Shown in pieces: positions 1-9,987 of a DNA stretch of 48,020 nt. Below the pieces are notes generated by a model. The model searched no databases. It was given only the letters and a program-made list of their open reading frames with translations, and was not told where the DNA came from. The translations under genes were made by a program, and so were the position numbers. This stretch comes from Trichomonas gallinae (Eukaryota): the NCBI GenBank assembly GCA_008369845.1, contig MRSU01011447.1:1-48020 (forward strand). Reading direction: 5' to 3'. Position 1 is the first letter of the stretch; the number at the start of each line of letters is the position of its first letter.

Positions 1-5
1 AAATT

Positions 6-77
6 TGGGTGAACCGTGAATCGAACACGGATCTATTGAGCCACAATCAACAATACTAACCATTATACCATTCACCC
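6..77 (-). tRNA. tRNA-His (anticodon GUG)
   Basis: Reverse complement folds as a cloverleaf: GGGTGAA TG GTAT AATGGTTA GTAT T GTTGA TT-GTG-GC TCAAT AGAT CCGTG TTCGATT CACGG TTCACCC A. It has a 7-bp acceptor stem, TTCGA T-loop and A73. A T-run (possible Pol III terminator) begins at the window edge. Confidence 0.95.
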
Positions 78-363
78 AATCACGAAAAACTTTTATTTTT
101 TATTCCCAAAATTAAATTTTCCCAATATTCTTATTTTTAAAAATTCATCATTTAATCATGACAACCAAAATATATACTCAACATCACCTTATCTAACAAT
201 TTATAACCTCTATAAGTCATAATATCGCATTATTTTTTTGCAAATATTTCATTACTTATACATATTGCGTTTTATCACTTATATTATTATTTGTTTGGTT
301 ATAACGGACATGATTATTATAATTAAAGTCATTTTTTAAATAACGGATTATCTGTCTCATCAG

Positions 364-1737
364 ATGAGCGAAGATAGTCCAATAAAAAATCCCAGAATGT
401 CAAAAATTCCGGTTTCCCCTCCAAAAGGTGAACCTCCAAGTGATCATAAGCGAAGGATTCCTATTCGACCTCCGAGTGAAGATTCATCTCCATCAAATCC
501 ACGAAAAATGCAAATACAAAACGCACAAGAACGCGAAGAAAATAACAATACATCGCCTATTATGGCAGAATCTCCACACAATATTAAAGAATCACCATTT
601 GCTAACAAAGATCCAGAATTTGCGAAGCTTATCAAGCAACAAAGACAAATACAGAACGAAAACAACTGTCCTTTCGGTGACGTTGATGATGATGACGATT
701 TAGTTGTTCCAACATGCGCAAAAGATGCTTTAGCGGCAAGAAAACTATTTGGTAATGATACAATCAGAGAGTATGACCCTCCTCCATTCTTAGTTGAAGG
801 AGATGACGACGACGATGATTTAGTTATTCCAACAGAAGCTTTAGAATGCATCAAACAGAAAGGAATGACTATTAAAGATGTGAGAGCTAGTTCTGCAATA
901 CCAGCAAATCAAATAGCGAAGAAATTAACAGATTCGATGTCATCAACAAAAACAAGCGATTCCAGGAAGCAAATTGATGTCTCTAGTGATTCCTCAGACT
1001 CAGAGGATGAGTCAAACGCGAAAAAGAAGAAAAGTGTTTTTGAAAAACTCGAAAACTTTAACTACACTGAACAAAGCTTCCAGCCGTTTGCAAAAGCACA
1101 ATCAGCAATTGCCAACAAGTATTTACCAAAAGCCCCAAAGGCTCCAAAGATTCCAAAGTTAGATTTAGAATATTCAGTTTACGATGATATGGAGCAGGAC
1201 CAAAACAAAGTAGTCCAGTCGATGGCCCCAATAGACCCATTAAATCTCATCGAAAACAATGATGATAAAAGCGATCTCAAGACAAAGATGTTAGATATCA
1301 AACTACATGACGCGAGAATTAATGTAGATATGGTTACAAAATACTGGCAGCAGAAGATAGACGAAGAAATGGAAGACGGCAGACTCAGACTGCAGCAACT
1401 TGAAGCTCAGCACAATCTACAGAGCAGAAGAATTAATCCGCCAATAAACACTGCCGAAGGAGCAAAAATTTACAGGCCAAGCATCAATACTGCACCAGGT
1501 GGAAAGCGTAACAGCATGGAAATGAAATATCAGCAAGATAAAGAATTGATGATAAAAATGAACAAACAAAATTTAACATATTTGCAAGAAAAGATGCAAA
1601 GAGAGCTTGAAAGACCAAAAGCCAAATTGGCTGAGATTGAAAACGAATATAAGAAACTTGGATTACAAATTCCACCATTAATAGAACATGCGCCAAGGCA
1701 GAGATTTTACACAAGTAGAAATGCTCCAAAATCGTAG
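364..1737 (+). CDS. Hypothetical low-complexity protein (Pro/Ser/acidic N-terminus, coiled-coil C-terminus)
   Basis: 457-aa ATG-started ORF with TCATT at 329-333 upstream. Internal duplicated motifs GDxDDDDDLV(V/I)PT and PxINTAxG. No recognisable domain. Confidence 0.8.
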   Translation: MSEDSPIKNPRMSKIPVSPPKGEPPSDHKRRIPIRPPSEDSSPSNPRKMQIQNAQEREENNNTSPIMAESPHNIKESPFANKDPEFAKLIKQQRQIQNENNCPFGDVDDDDDLVVPTCAKDALAARKLFGNDTIREYDPPPFLVEGDDDDDDLVIPTEALECIKQKGMTIKDVRASSAIPANQIAKKLTDSMSSTKTSDSRKQIDVSSDSSDSEDESNAKKKKSVFEKLENFNYTEQSFQPFAKAQSAIANKYLPKAPKAPKIPKLDLEYSVYDDMEQDQNKVVQSMAPIDPLNLIENNDDKSDLKTKMLDIKLHDARINVDMVTKYWQQKIDEEMEDGRLRLQQLEAQHNLQSRRINPPINTAEGAKIYRPSINTAPGGKRNSMEMKYQQDKELMIKMNKQNLTYLQEKMQRELERPKAKLAEIENEYKKLGLQIPPLIEHAPRQRFYTSRNAPKS

Positions 1738-2865
1738 TGAAAATAAGCTTGTCGCATTAATAATTCATCCACCATCCTGAAATCCACTAAAAAAGAGACA
1801 TACTTAGAAATGGTAAGTATATTCTTATTATATTATTGATTTATATTGTATTTGTTTTGTAATAAATATATGTTATCGTATAATTTTTATGATTATGATC
1901 GAAATTTATTAAATCCATCATAAATTACATATTTTCATGTTGCAAAATTAACTTATTGCACATGATATGTTGATATCTTTAGTAATATAGGTTAAATAAT
2001 CAGAATTCTGATCCTTATTAATCGTCAAATACATTTCTGCTCAATTCATTTCCCAACATTACAATAATAGATATCTATGGACATAGCATTCTGTTGTTGG
2101 TTTAAGAGCAGTGAAAAACACAAACTGAAAAAATCGAACAAAAAATATTTTTACAGAGTAAAATAAAATATGATGGGTTAGCGATTATATGAGACAAATA
2201 ATGATAATAATGATATTTGGTCGAATAAGTTTTTGTTTCTTCCCAAAATATCAGATAATTTTAAGAGGATTATTTATTGAGAACTTTACAAAAATAAATC
2301 TATGAAAATATTGAGAAAAGAATAACGATCTTTTATTGGGTTCCTAAGTCGCCGAAAACGCTATAGTTATGATAATATAGGCCTACAGATGTAGTTTCTA
2401 AGCAGTTTTGCAAAATTTCATGTAAACTTTCATGGGCATTAAACTTTAGGATTTTATTGGATGAACTATTGCCAGCAATCTGCAAACCTCCTTTATTCCA
2501 TTGAAAAATCCCGCTAAATTACAGACATCATTTACATTTCAAAACGATGGACAAAAACTAAAAATTTTATTATTTTTAGATATAATATATGGAATATGGC
2601 ATAATATAAATCATAAATATTGGATCATTCAAAAAATTCAATGGAAAAACAAAAAATATTATCGATAAATATTAATCTATTGTTTATAATAGTGATTTTG
2701 TATTTTTTATTTCATCAAACAAATTGTGAGAGTTTTTTATTGTTTTGACTGTTGATCATAATAAAGACGAAAATTCAAGAAATTTGATGAAAAAATTGAA
2801 TTCGTCACAAAAATTGAATAACATCATCTCAATTGTTCTAAATTTTAGAAGATTACTTTTTAACC

Positions 2866-3954
2866 GTGCAGTCCGAACAGCCTAATAAGATTTTTAGCTC
2901 ATATTTGAACGATTCTCACAACAATAGATGCATTGATTATGTCCAAATTACAGATAATAAGTATGAAATTCGAATCCCAGATTGCATCAATGGGTATAAG
3001 GTATTAAAAGTCATTGGAAAAGGTGGATATGCAGTTGTTGTATTGGCTTCTGAAGTAAAAACTGGAAAAAGATACGCAATAAAAATCATTAATCGCCATG
3101 AAATAATTAAATCCAAAATGTTCCTATATTTGGAGAATGAATTAAGACTTTCCTCACGCTTCGATCATCCAAACATTGTCAAAGTCCACAATATTCTTTA
3201 TGAAGAAGATATTATTATGATAATAATGGACTATTGTCCATCTGGCGACTTAGAATCATTTCTAACTCAAGGGTTCAGATTCACTTTCGAAGAACAACTT
3301 AAGATTGCTTATCAAATATTAGACGCTCTAAATTATTTGCATAAGCGTGGCATATCTCACAGAGACATCAAGCCTGGCAACATATTATTCGATGAAAACA
3401 TGAACGCAAAATTGATCGATTTTGGAATGTCTAAGGAAAAGTCATCATCAATGAAGACATTGTGTGGCACACCGTTCTTCATGGCCCCAGAAACAGTGGC
3501 TTCCAAATCATATGATGGCTGCAAAGCCGATATTTGGTCATTTGGTGTAACACTACATGTTTTGTCGACCTTCTGTTACCCATTTGCTGCAGAAACACCA
3601 AACAAGTTTGTTCATGATGTTAAAAAGAACCAACTTGATTTCAGAATTGTTTCACCAGGTTTAATTGGAACAATCGTAAAGTACGCTTTAACTCTTGAGC
3701 CAAAAGAAAGACCAACAGCAGAAGATTTAATGAACTTCATACAAAAAGGTTCAGAGAAGTTTATATTAAATTCAAGATCTGATCTCGCTCAAATCATAAC
3801 AAGACCGAACTCATCACTTCCAAGGCTCGGCTACATCAAGCACATTGCTAACGACAGGATAATCGTAGACAATGCTGTTAGAGCAAGAAACATATCAGAT
3901 AAAATGCTTAACCATGTCATTGGCATCAATATAAGGAAGAGACTCATCGAATAG
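2866..3954 (+). CDS. CAMK-family Ser/Thr protein kinase (start codon uncertain: GTG)
   Basis: Motifs GKGGYA, YAIK, HRDIKPGN, DFG, GTPFFMAPE and DIWSFG are all intact. The ORF opens at GTG. The first in-frame ATG (3118) lies after the Gly-loop and the catalytic Lys. Confidence 0.85.
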   Translation: MQSEQPNKIFSSYLNDSHNNRCIDYVQITDNKYEIRIPDCINGYKVLKVIGKGGYAVVVLASEVKTGKRYAIKIINRHEIIKSKMFLYLENELRLSSRFDHPNIVKVHNILYEEDIIMIIMDYCPSGDLESFLTQGFRFTFEEQLKIAYQILDALNYLHKRGISHRDIKPGNILFDENMNAKLIDFGMSKEKSSSMKTLCGTPFFMAPETVASKSYDGCKADIWSFGVTLHVLSTFCYPFAAETPNKFVHDVKKNQLDFRIVSPGLIGTIVKYALTLEPKERPTAEDLMNFIQKGSEKFILNSRSDLAQIITRPNSSLPRLGYIKHIANDRIIVDNAVRARNISDKMLNHVIGINIRKRLIE

Positions 3955-4502
3955 ACTATATATATTTGTAATATTAAACGGTAATCATGTTAAAAAATAT
4001 ATCAAACATTTTCATCTTTGGAATATGACAATATTCTATTGTAAAAGTTATATAAGCAAGTCTAATAGTATTAAAGCATGCGTATTGACGCAGAATAAAA
4101 TTGATATTTTTGATAAAAAAAATGAAAAGCGATAATTGATATGCAAACATAAAAGATTTCGATATTTGCCCATGTGAGCTTTAGTTTGTGTAATTATCAG
4201 AATCAAGTGGACCCGAGCTTATATATATATCTTGCCGTAAAATGTCAATAAAATAGCTTGAAATTTTGCATAAGATTAAAAATCATCAAGTAGAAGCTAA
4301 TGATATATCACAAATTGTTAGTTCTCGATTTAATCTATTTCCTTGAATGAATATAGTAATTTTGACATATAAAAAATTATTTTTGCTGTGTAAATCAATA
4401 TAAAATCATGAGAATTTATTTTGGCGAATTAAGAAGAAAAATAGAATAACATCAAGAAATAGATGCCAAATAAGAGAAAACTGAAGTTTAAAATTCTTGT
4501 TT

Positions 4503-4538
4503 GTCACTTTTATAAAAAGACGGTTTTGGCCGTCCTTT
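4503..4538 (+). promoter_or_regulatory. Trichomonad ribosomal-protein core promoter (M2-like, M3 and M5 elements)
   Basis: GTCACTTT at 4503-4510 (reverse complement AAAGTGAC), GACGGTTT at 4519-4526 (M3, Myb-site-like) and CCTTT at 4534-4538 (M5 alternative initiator), ending 4 nt before the eL21 ATG. Matches T. vaginalis core promoter motifs as I recall them. Confidence 0.7.
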
Positions 4539-4542
4539 CGAA

Positions 4543-5022
4543 ATGGGTCACTCTGAAGGTCTTCGCCATGCTACACGCTATCTCTTTGCTCGCAAGTTCC
4601 GCAAGCACGGAGCTCCAGCCCCATCTATCACCCTTCGCACATTCCGCATTGGTGATATCGTTGAAATCAAGGTCAATGGTGCCCTCCACTCCGGTATGCC
4701 ACACCGTATCTACCACGGTGCTACAGGCATTGTCTGGAACGTCTCCCCACACGCTGTTGGTATCCTCGTAAAGCGCCGCGTCAACAACCACATCGCTCCA
4801 AAGCGCATCTACGTTCGCACAGAGCATGTCTTCCACTCCAAGTCCAAGAACGACTTCATCGCCCGTTGCCAGGCTAACCTTAAGGCTCACGAAGAGGCTA
4901 AGAAGGCTTCCACAAAGATCGCTACACCAAAGCGCCTTCCAGCTCAGCCACGTGAGGCTCATGTTGTTAAGCCAGAGCTTATCCAGACAATCACCAACGC
5001 TCCATTCCGCGAGAACTGGTAA
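4543..5022 (+). CDS. RPL21: 60S ribosomal protein L21 (eL21)
   Basis: 159 aa beginning MGHSEGLRHATRYLFARKFRKHG, with GDIVEIK, GMPHRIYHGATG and KRIYVRTEHV. Strong C-ending codon bias of a highly expressed gene. Stop codon lies in TAAA. Confidence 0.97.
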   Translation: MGHSEGLRHATRYLFARKFRKHGAPAPSITLRTFRIGDIVEIKVNGALHSGMPHRIYHGATGIVWNVSPHAVGILVKRRVNNHIAPKRIYVRTEHVFHSKSKNDFIARCQANLKAHEEAKKASTKIATPKRLPAQPREAHVVKPELIQTITNAPFRENW

Positions 5023-5593
5023 AACATACATTGATTTTTAAAATGCATGGAAGTTTCTTTTTCAAGAAATGCTCACTTTTTTTACTCATTATTTTACAAA
5101 TCTTATTCCTCTTATAATAGTCAATTATTTTGGAATTTTGTTATTATAATATTTTACAAATGGCTTTATTTGTGATAATGATCCTATAGAAAATCATGAC
5201 TGTTTATATTAATAATATAGATGGCTTCTCAATTTACACATATTTTTCTTGATTTTGATAAAGTATGAAAGACTACGATTTAACACATACGAGAATTCAT
5301 TAATCATGGATACAATGTAATGAATCATAGTAAATAACAAATTTAATATATCATGAAAAAAGAGTGATATCTGCAGAATTACTGCATTATATGACTACAC
5401 ATTAATAGATTTATAATTTAATTGTGTTCGCTATATTTATCAATTATTATGCATCTGCAATGATAAGAATTAGAGAAATTTTGAATCAAATTTTCTGTTG
5501 ATTTGCAAAATTTCAGGAGAAAATGTAGTTTATAGAATATACTTTTAAAATAAACGATATTTATTTAAATCATATTTGATTTTAATTGATATA

Positions 5594-5642
5594 TTAGCAC
5601 AAAATTGCAATTTATGTTATGTTACTATCAATTTTGTGCTAA
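5594..5642. repeat. Perfect 14-bp inverted repeat
   Basis: TTAGCACAAAATTG (5594-5607) and CAATTTTGTGCTAA (5629-5642), separated by a 21-nt spacer. Confidence 0.8.
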
Positions 5643-5817
5643 ATTTGAAATTTTCATTTCCCAACAAAAATCTTAAATATCTATATTATAGCATCAAATA
5701 TTTGTACAAATCTTAATTCTAAAATATCAAGTCAATTTGTCTATAGGTTGTTGTGATATCTAAAAATTAAGGTTATTTATACAATGTACGTTATTTGATA
5801 TAACCTTATTATTTCTC

Positions 5818-7950
5818 ATGAGTGAAACCGCACCAGAGAATGAAAATGCGGAATCACAGACACCAAAAGAAGCAACAGCAGAAGTAGTGAACGAGGTTCA
5901 AGAAGCTCTTACGAACATTTTGCTTCCACATAATGAAAATAACGAAGAAAAACAAGAGGAACAACAAAAACCAGAAGAAAATCCTCCGAAAGAGGAAGAA
6001 AAGCCTGCGGAAGAAGTAAAAGAAATCTTAAAAGAGAAATTTAATATATTAGGGGAAGAAAAACCCGCCGAAAATACAGAAAAACCAGCCGAATCAACTC
6101 AAAACACGACAGAATCCGAACAACCTACAGAACAAAATCCAGAAAATCAACAAGAACAAACAAATCAAGATCAACCTTCAGCAATTTACGACGCAAACGA
6201 TGATAACGACGATGATGACGATGATGAAGACGATTACCACATAAAACCAGATTTATCGACAAAACCTGGCGAAATTTCAGTAAATAATTACGATAAAACA
6301 AAACCAACGACATTTACAGATCATGGCACAGTTGTTGCACTTAAGAATCTCGGTATTGACCCTTCAGAGCTGTTTATGCCACCAGAGGAAGAAATTCAAA
6401 AATACGCTGCAGATGAAGACTTCAAACAGGTGTTTGTACAACATCATGAAGATCGCATTGAACGTCTCTGCAAATTAATTCGCCGCGAAAGATACAGAGT
6501 CTTAGATAAAGAAGCAAATTCAGGAAATAGAGCAAACTCATCACTTTCGCTTTCAAACAGGGCTGGTGCTGTCGAGATGGAAGAGGCACAAATAGAGAAA
6601 CTAAAAATTCGCCAAAAGAAGGAAGTACAAAAAATGATCGAAGACGTTTTGGCTTTCGACAAACTACAGAAACAAATGACAGAGGCTGAGAAAAACGAAA
6701 CAGAAAGAAGAAAAGCGAAAGACGAAGAGCGCAAGAAGAAGGCACAAGAACAGCACGAAAGACATATACAGAGATTAAAAGAACTCGAACAACTTGAGCA
6801 AAAGAAACAAAAAGCGGAAGACGAGAAACGAAGGATACAGTTCGAGAAAGAAAAGAGAGCATTAGAGACACAAAAGAAAATAGCAGAAGAGAAAATACAA
6901 CAAGCGAAAGAACTAGAAAAGCAAAGAGTAGAAAGGGCAGAACAAAATCGTCAAAAACTACAAAAAATCGAAGAAAAAAGAGCCAAAAAGATCGAAGAAC
7001 AAGAAAAGCGCGTACAAGAGCGTGAACAGAGACGCATTAAAACCATACAAGAGGAAAACGAGAAACAAAAGGCCGAGAAAGAAGAACAGACACAGAAAAG
7101 ACAAGAACAACTAAAGAAAGTGAAAGAAAACGAGCAAAAAATTTTGGATCAAAAAAGAAAACAAGCTGAAGAAAGAGAAAAACTTGACGAACAACGCGCG
7201 CAGGAAGTCAAAAAGAAGAATTACGAGAAACTGCAGAGTTTCGCTAAAGAACAAGAAGAGAGAATTAAAAGGAATCAACAGATTCGCCAAAAATTAACAG
7301 AACAGCAAGAAAAAAGTCTGAAAGAAAAGGCAACAACAGACGATGAAATAGAAAAGCGCCTGAAGAACATAGAGAAAATGAAGGAAGAAAGAGCTGCTAA
7401 TGCTAGATTGTCTAGATCAGATGGTGCCGTGAGGTCGCTCAAAAAACAGGAAGAGCTCAAAAAATCTATGCAAGCGAGACAAGCGAAAATGGATGAAGAA
7501 CAGAAGAAGAGTGAACAGAAATTGCAGCAAGCTAAAGAAGAGAGAGAAAGGCAACAGAGACTCAGAGCACTTAAATTCAAGTTGAAACAAGAAGAGTTGA
7601 TGAAGAACCAAACTCACTTGCAGAAGCAGCAACAGATGAGGAACGAAAGGGTCCAGCAACAGATGGAAGCTGAAGCTCAGCGCCTGAAGAAGCTGGAAAT
7701 GGAGAAATTACAGCTCTCAAGAGAGAGAAGCACAAGAATCCAGAAGCTGCAGATACAAAAACAGCAGTTGCAGGAAGATTTCGAAAGCTTCAACGTCAAA
7801 GGTAAAGTTGATACAACAACAATCACGAAGCTTGCGAAGAAATATGATATCGACTTAGATCAGATTAAAGCTAAATACAAGGATACTTTAGAAGAACCTA
7901 AAAAACTTCCTAAACTAAAGAAGAAGAAAGATGATGACGAAGAAGTTTAG
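5818..7950 (+). CDS. E/K/Q/R-rich coiled-coil (trichohyalin-like) hypothetical protein
   Basis: 710-aa ORF with an acidic disordered N-terminus, a short globular segment (ALKNLGIDPSELF) and a long charged helical region. Confidence 0.85.
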   Translation: MSETAPENENAESQTPKEATAEVVNEVQEALTNILLPHNENNEEKQEEQQKPEENPPKEEEKPAEEVKEILKEKFNILGEEKPAENTEKPAESTQNTTESEQPTEQNPENQQEQTNQDQPSAIYDANDDNDDDDDDEDDYHIKPDLSTKPGEISVNNYDKTKPTTFTDHGTVVALKNLGIDPSELFMPPEEEIQKYAADEDFKQVFVQHHEDRIERLCKLIRRERYRVLDKEANSGNRANSSLSLSNRAGAVEMEEAQIEKLKIRQKKEVQKMIEDVLAFDKLQKQMTEAEKNETERRKAKDEERKKKAQEQHERHIQRLKELEQLEQKKQKAEDEKRRIQFEKEKRALETQKKIAEEKIQQAKELEKQRVERAEQNRQKLQKIEEKRAKKIEEQEKRVQEREQRRIKTIQEENEKQKAEKEEQTQKRQEQLKKVKENEQKILDQKRKQAEEREKLDEQRAQEVKKKNYEKLQSFAKEQEERIKRNQQIRQKLTEQQEKSLKEKATTDDEIEKRLKNIEKMKEERAANARLSRSDGAVRSLKKQEELKKSMQARQAKMDEEQKKSEQKLQQAKEERERQQRLRALKFKLKQEELMKNQTHLQKQQQMRNERVQQQMEAEAQRLKKLEMEKLQLSRERSTRIQKLQIQKQQLQEDFESFNVKGKVDTTTITKLAKKYDIDLDQIKAKYKDTLEEPKKLPKLKKKKDDDEEV

Positions 7951-8466
7951 ACAACTTAATTATATTCTTATTATCATATTTGTTTATTAAATATACTAAA
8001 ACACTTGTTTTATAAATTCAAATATTAGTAAAATTATCATTCATTCTTGAAAGTTATTTTTTATAAAGAGGAGACTTGATATAATGATTCAGTAAGCTAT
8101 TTAAAGGCTAAATATCAAAGAAATTTGCTATATCTTTTATTTTAGAAAAAAAATCAATAGATAAGAGTCTTTAGAGTATTATTTGGTATTATATTCGTTA
8201 GTTTACTAAAATTATATCTATATGTGGCCATTTGGTCAAGCAAAATCTATGATAACTCGACTCATTTGCGAAAAAGTTGTTCAACCTATTGTCACTTTTA
8301 AAGTTCGGGAAAAGTGTCAAAAATTATCGATCAAAATTTTCATGGAATTCAAAATACAGAATATACACATGATGATAATAATAAATATCTAAAAATTTAA
8401 AAAATTCAGTTGTTGCAAAAATTTGCGTGAAAAAAATCTGTTATTCATTAACTTCATTTTTCAAGA

Positions 8467-9354
8467 ATGAAGATCCAAGTACAAGCTGAGAAGAACAACA
8501 CATTCAGCCTCGAAGTAGAGAACAACCAAGTCACAGTCACAGAACTCAAAGCATTAATTTCATCATTGGATGAATCATTGAAAGATTTTAGGGTCATTTT
8601 CAGTGGCAAGATATTAGAAGACGAAAAGACTCTCGCTGACTACAACATCAAGGATGATGCCACAATTTATGTCGTAAACAAAGAAAATCAGGAGAATCCA
8701 TTCTGTGGCTGCGGATGCCCATTTGACATCAACATGATTGACGAGATGTTAAACAAAGTCAGCGAGAATCCAAAATCGATCTATGAAGTCATCAACCAGT
8801 TCCCGATGATTGCACAGCATCCAATGGTATTACCATTCATTCAGCAACTCGTTGATCGTCCTGAAGCTTTCCAGCAAGTTTTGGCAATGTTGAAGAATAT
8901 GGTCAAAACATTCTCAACAGGAATGGCTCAGTTCCAGACAGACATGGAGAATCTCCAGAAGAACCCACAGGTCTATGAAGTCTTCAAGAACACATTCGGA
9001 TGCTCTTTCAATGACATGACAAAGTGCGAACAAGAAAATAATGAAAGAAAGAACTTTTACAAATTAACTGGTTTGGAAGAAACACCAGAGCTCAACGAAT
9101 TGCTTTCTAAGAATGATGATGTTCACACACTCATTGAGACAGTCCAAAGATTACGTGCTGCTGGAATCAACGTTTTCAATGGTGTTGAACTTCCTAAGAA
9201 GAAAGAAATAACAGACGAAGAAAATTATGCTGATCAACTCAAAGTTATGGCAGACATGGGACTCTTAGACACGGCTTACAACATTTCAGTTCTTAAGGAA
9301 ACATATGGCAACGTAAACTTTGCCATTGAAAAGATTTTCAGCAAGCAGCAGTAA
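8467..9354 (+). CDS. UBL-UBA ubiquitin-shuttle protein (ubiquilin/Dsk2-like)
   Basis: N-terminal ubiquitin-like domain (RVIFSGKILEDEKTLADYNIKD), STI1-like M/P/Q-rich middle, and C-terminal UBA (YADQLKVMADMG...YGNVNFAIEKI). TCATTTT initiator just upstream. Confidence 0.88.
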   Translation: MKIQVQAEKNNTFSLEVENNQVTVTELKALISSLDESLKDFRVIFSGKILEDEKTLADYNIKDDATIYVVNKENQENPFCGCGCPFDINMIDEMLNKVSENPKSIYEVINQFPMIAQHPMVLPFIQQLVDRPEAFQQVLAMLKNMVKTFSTGMAQFQTDMENLQKNPQVYEVFKNTFGCSFNDMTKCEQENNERKNFYKLTGLEETPELNELLSKNDDVHTLIETVQRLRAAGINVFNGVELPKKKEITDEENYADQLKVMADMGLLDTAYNISVLKETYGNVNFAIEKIFSKQQ

Positions 9355-9987
9355 AATTTAAAATTAATTATCTAAAAATATCTTTCTATTATTTTTATTG
9401 CAGAACAGATGCTTTTATTGCCGAAAATGTAAATTAATAAAAGGTTATTTTTGCATAGTGGAGAATTATGAGGTTTCCATTTTTTTTCCCAAAAATACAT
9501 TTCAAATACAGAACATGATCACTATCATTGTATATAAAATTAGCAATTTTTCGCTTAGAAATGAGATTATTGTATTAATATTGATTTAATCATCTAAAAT
9601 AGATTAATATAAATAAGTTGCCATATTAGATATAAGAAGTATTGGGGTGGTATTGTAATTTACCATGTGCTGGCTTTTTGTAGCTTTGATATTTTTTGTT
9701 ATTGAAAATCAATTTTTAATGAAACAATGGATAATAGTAATAATAATACTAAAAATTTATAATAAACATGTTTATTCATACGATATTGAAACATATCACT
9801 TTCAGAGCTAAAAGTTATTTTTGAAAGAAAAATGCCACTTTTTTGAACAGTTTACAAAAAATCAGTTTTGACATTAAGGTTAATTTAAAAATAATCACAA
9901 AAACACTATTTAGGTGTAATTAATCAGATGACAAATAAAAATATTGAAAGTCGTTTTTATCGGTTATCAAAATTTTTAAAAGTGTCA

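Noticed and set aside
4510..5031. 173-aa antisense ORF covering RPL21
   Set aside because: Shadow ORF expected from strong codon bias in a highly expressed gene; no protein motifs.
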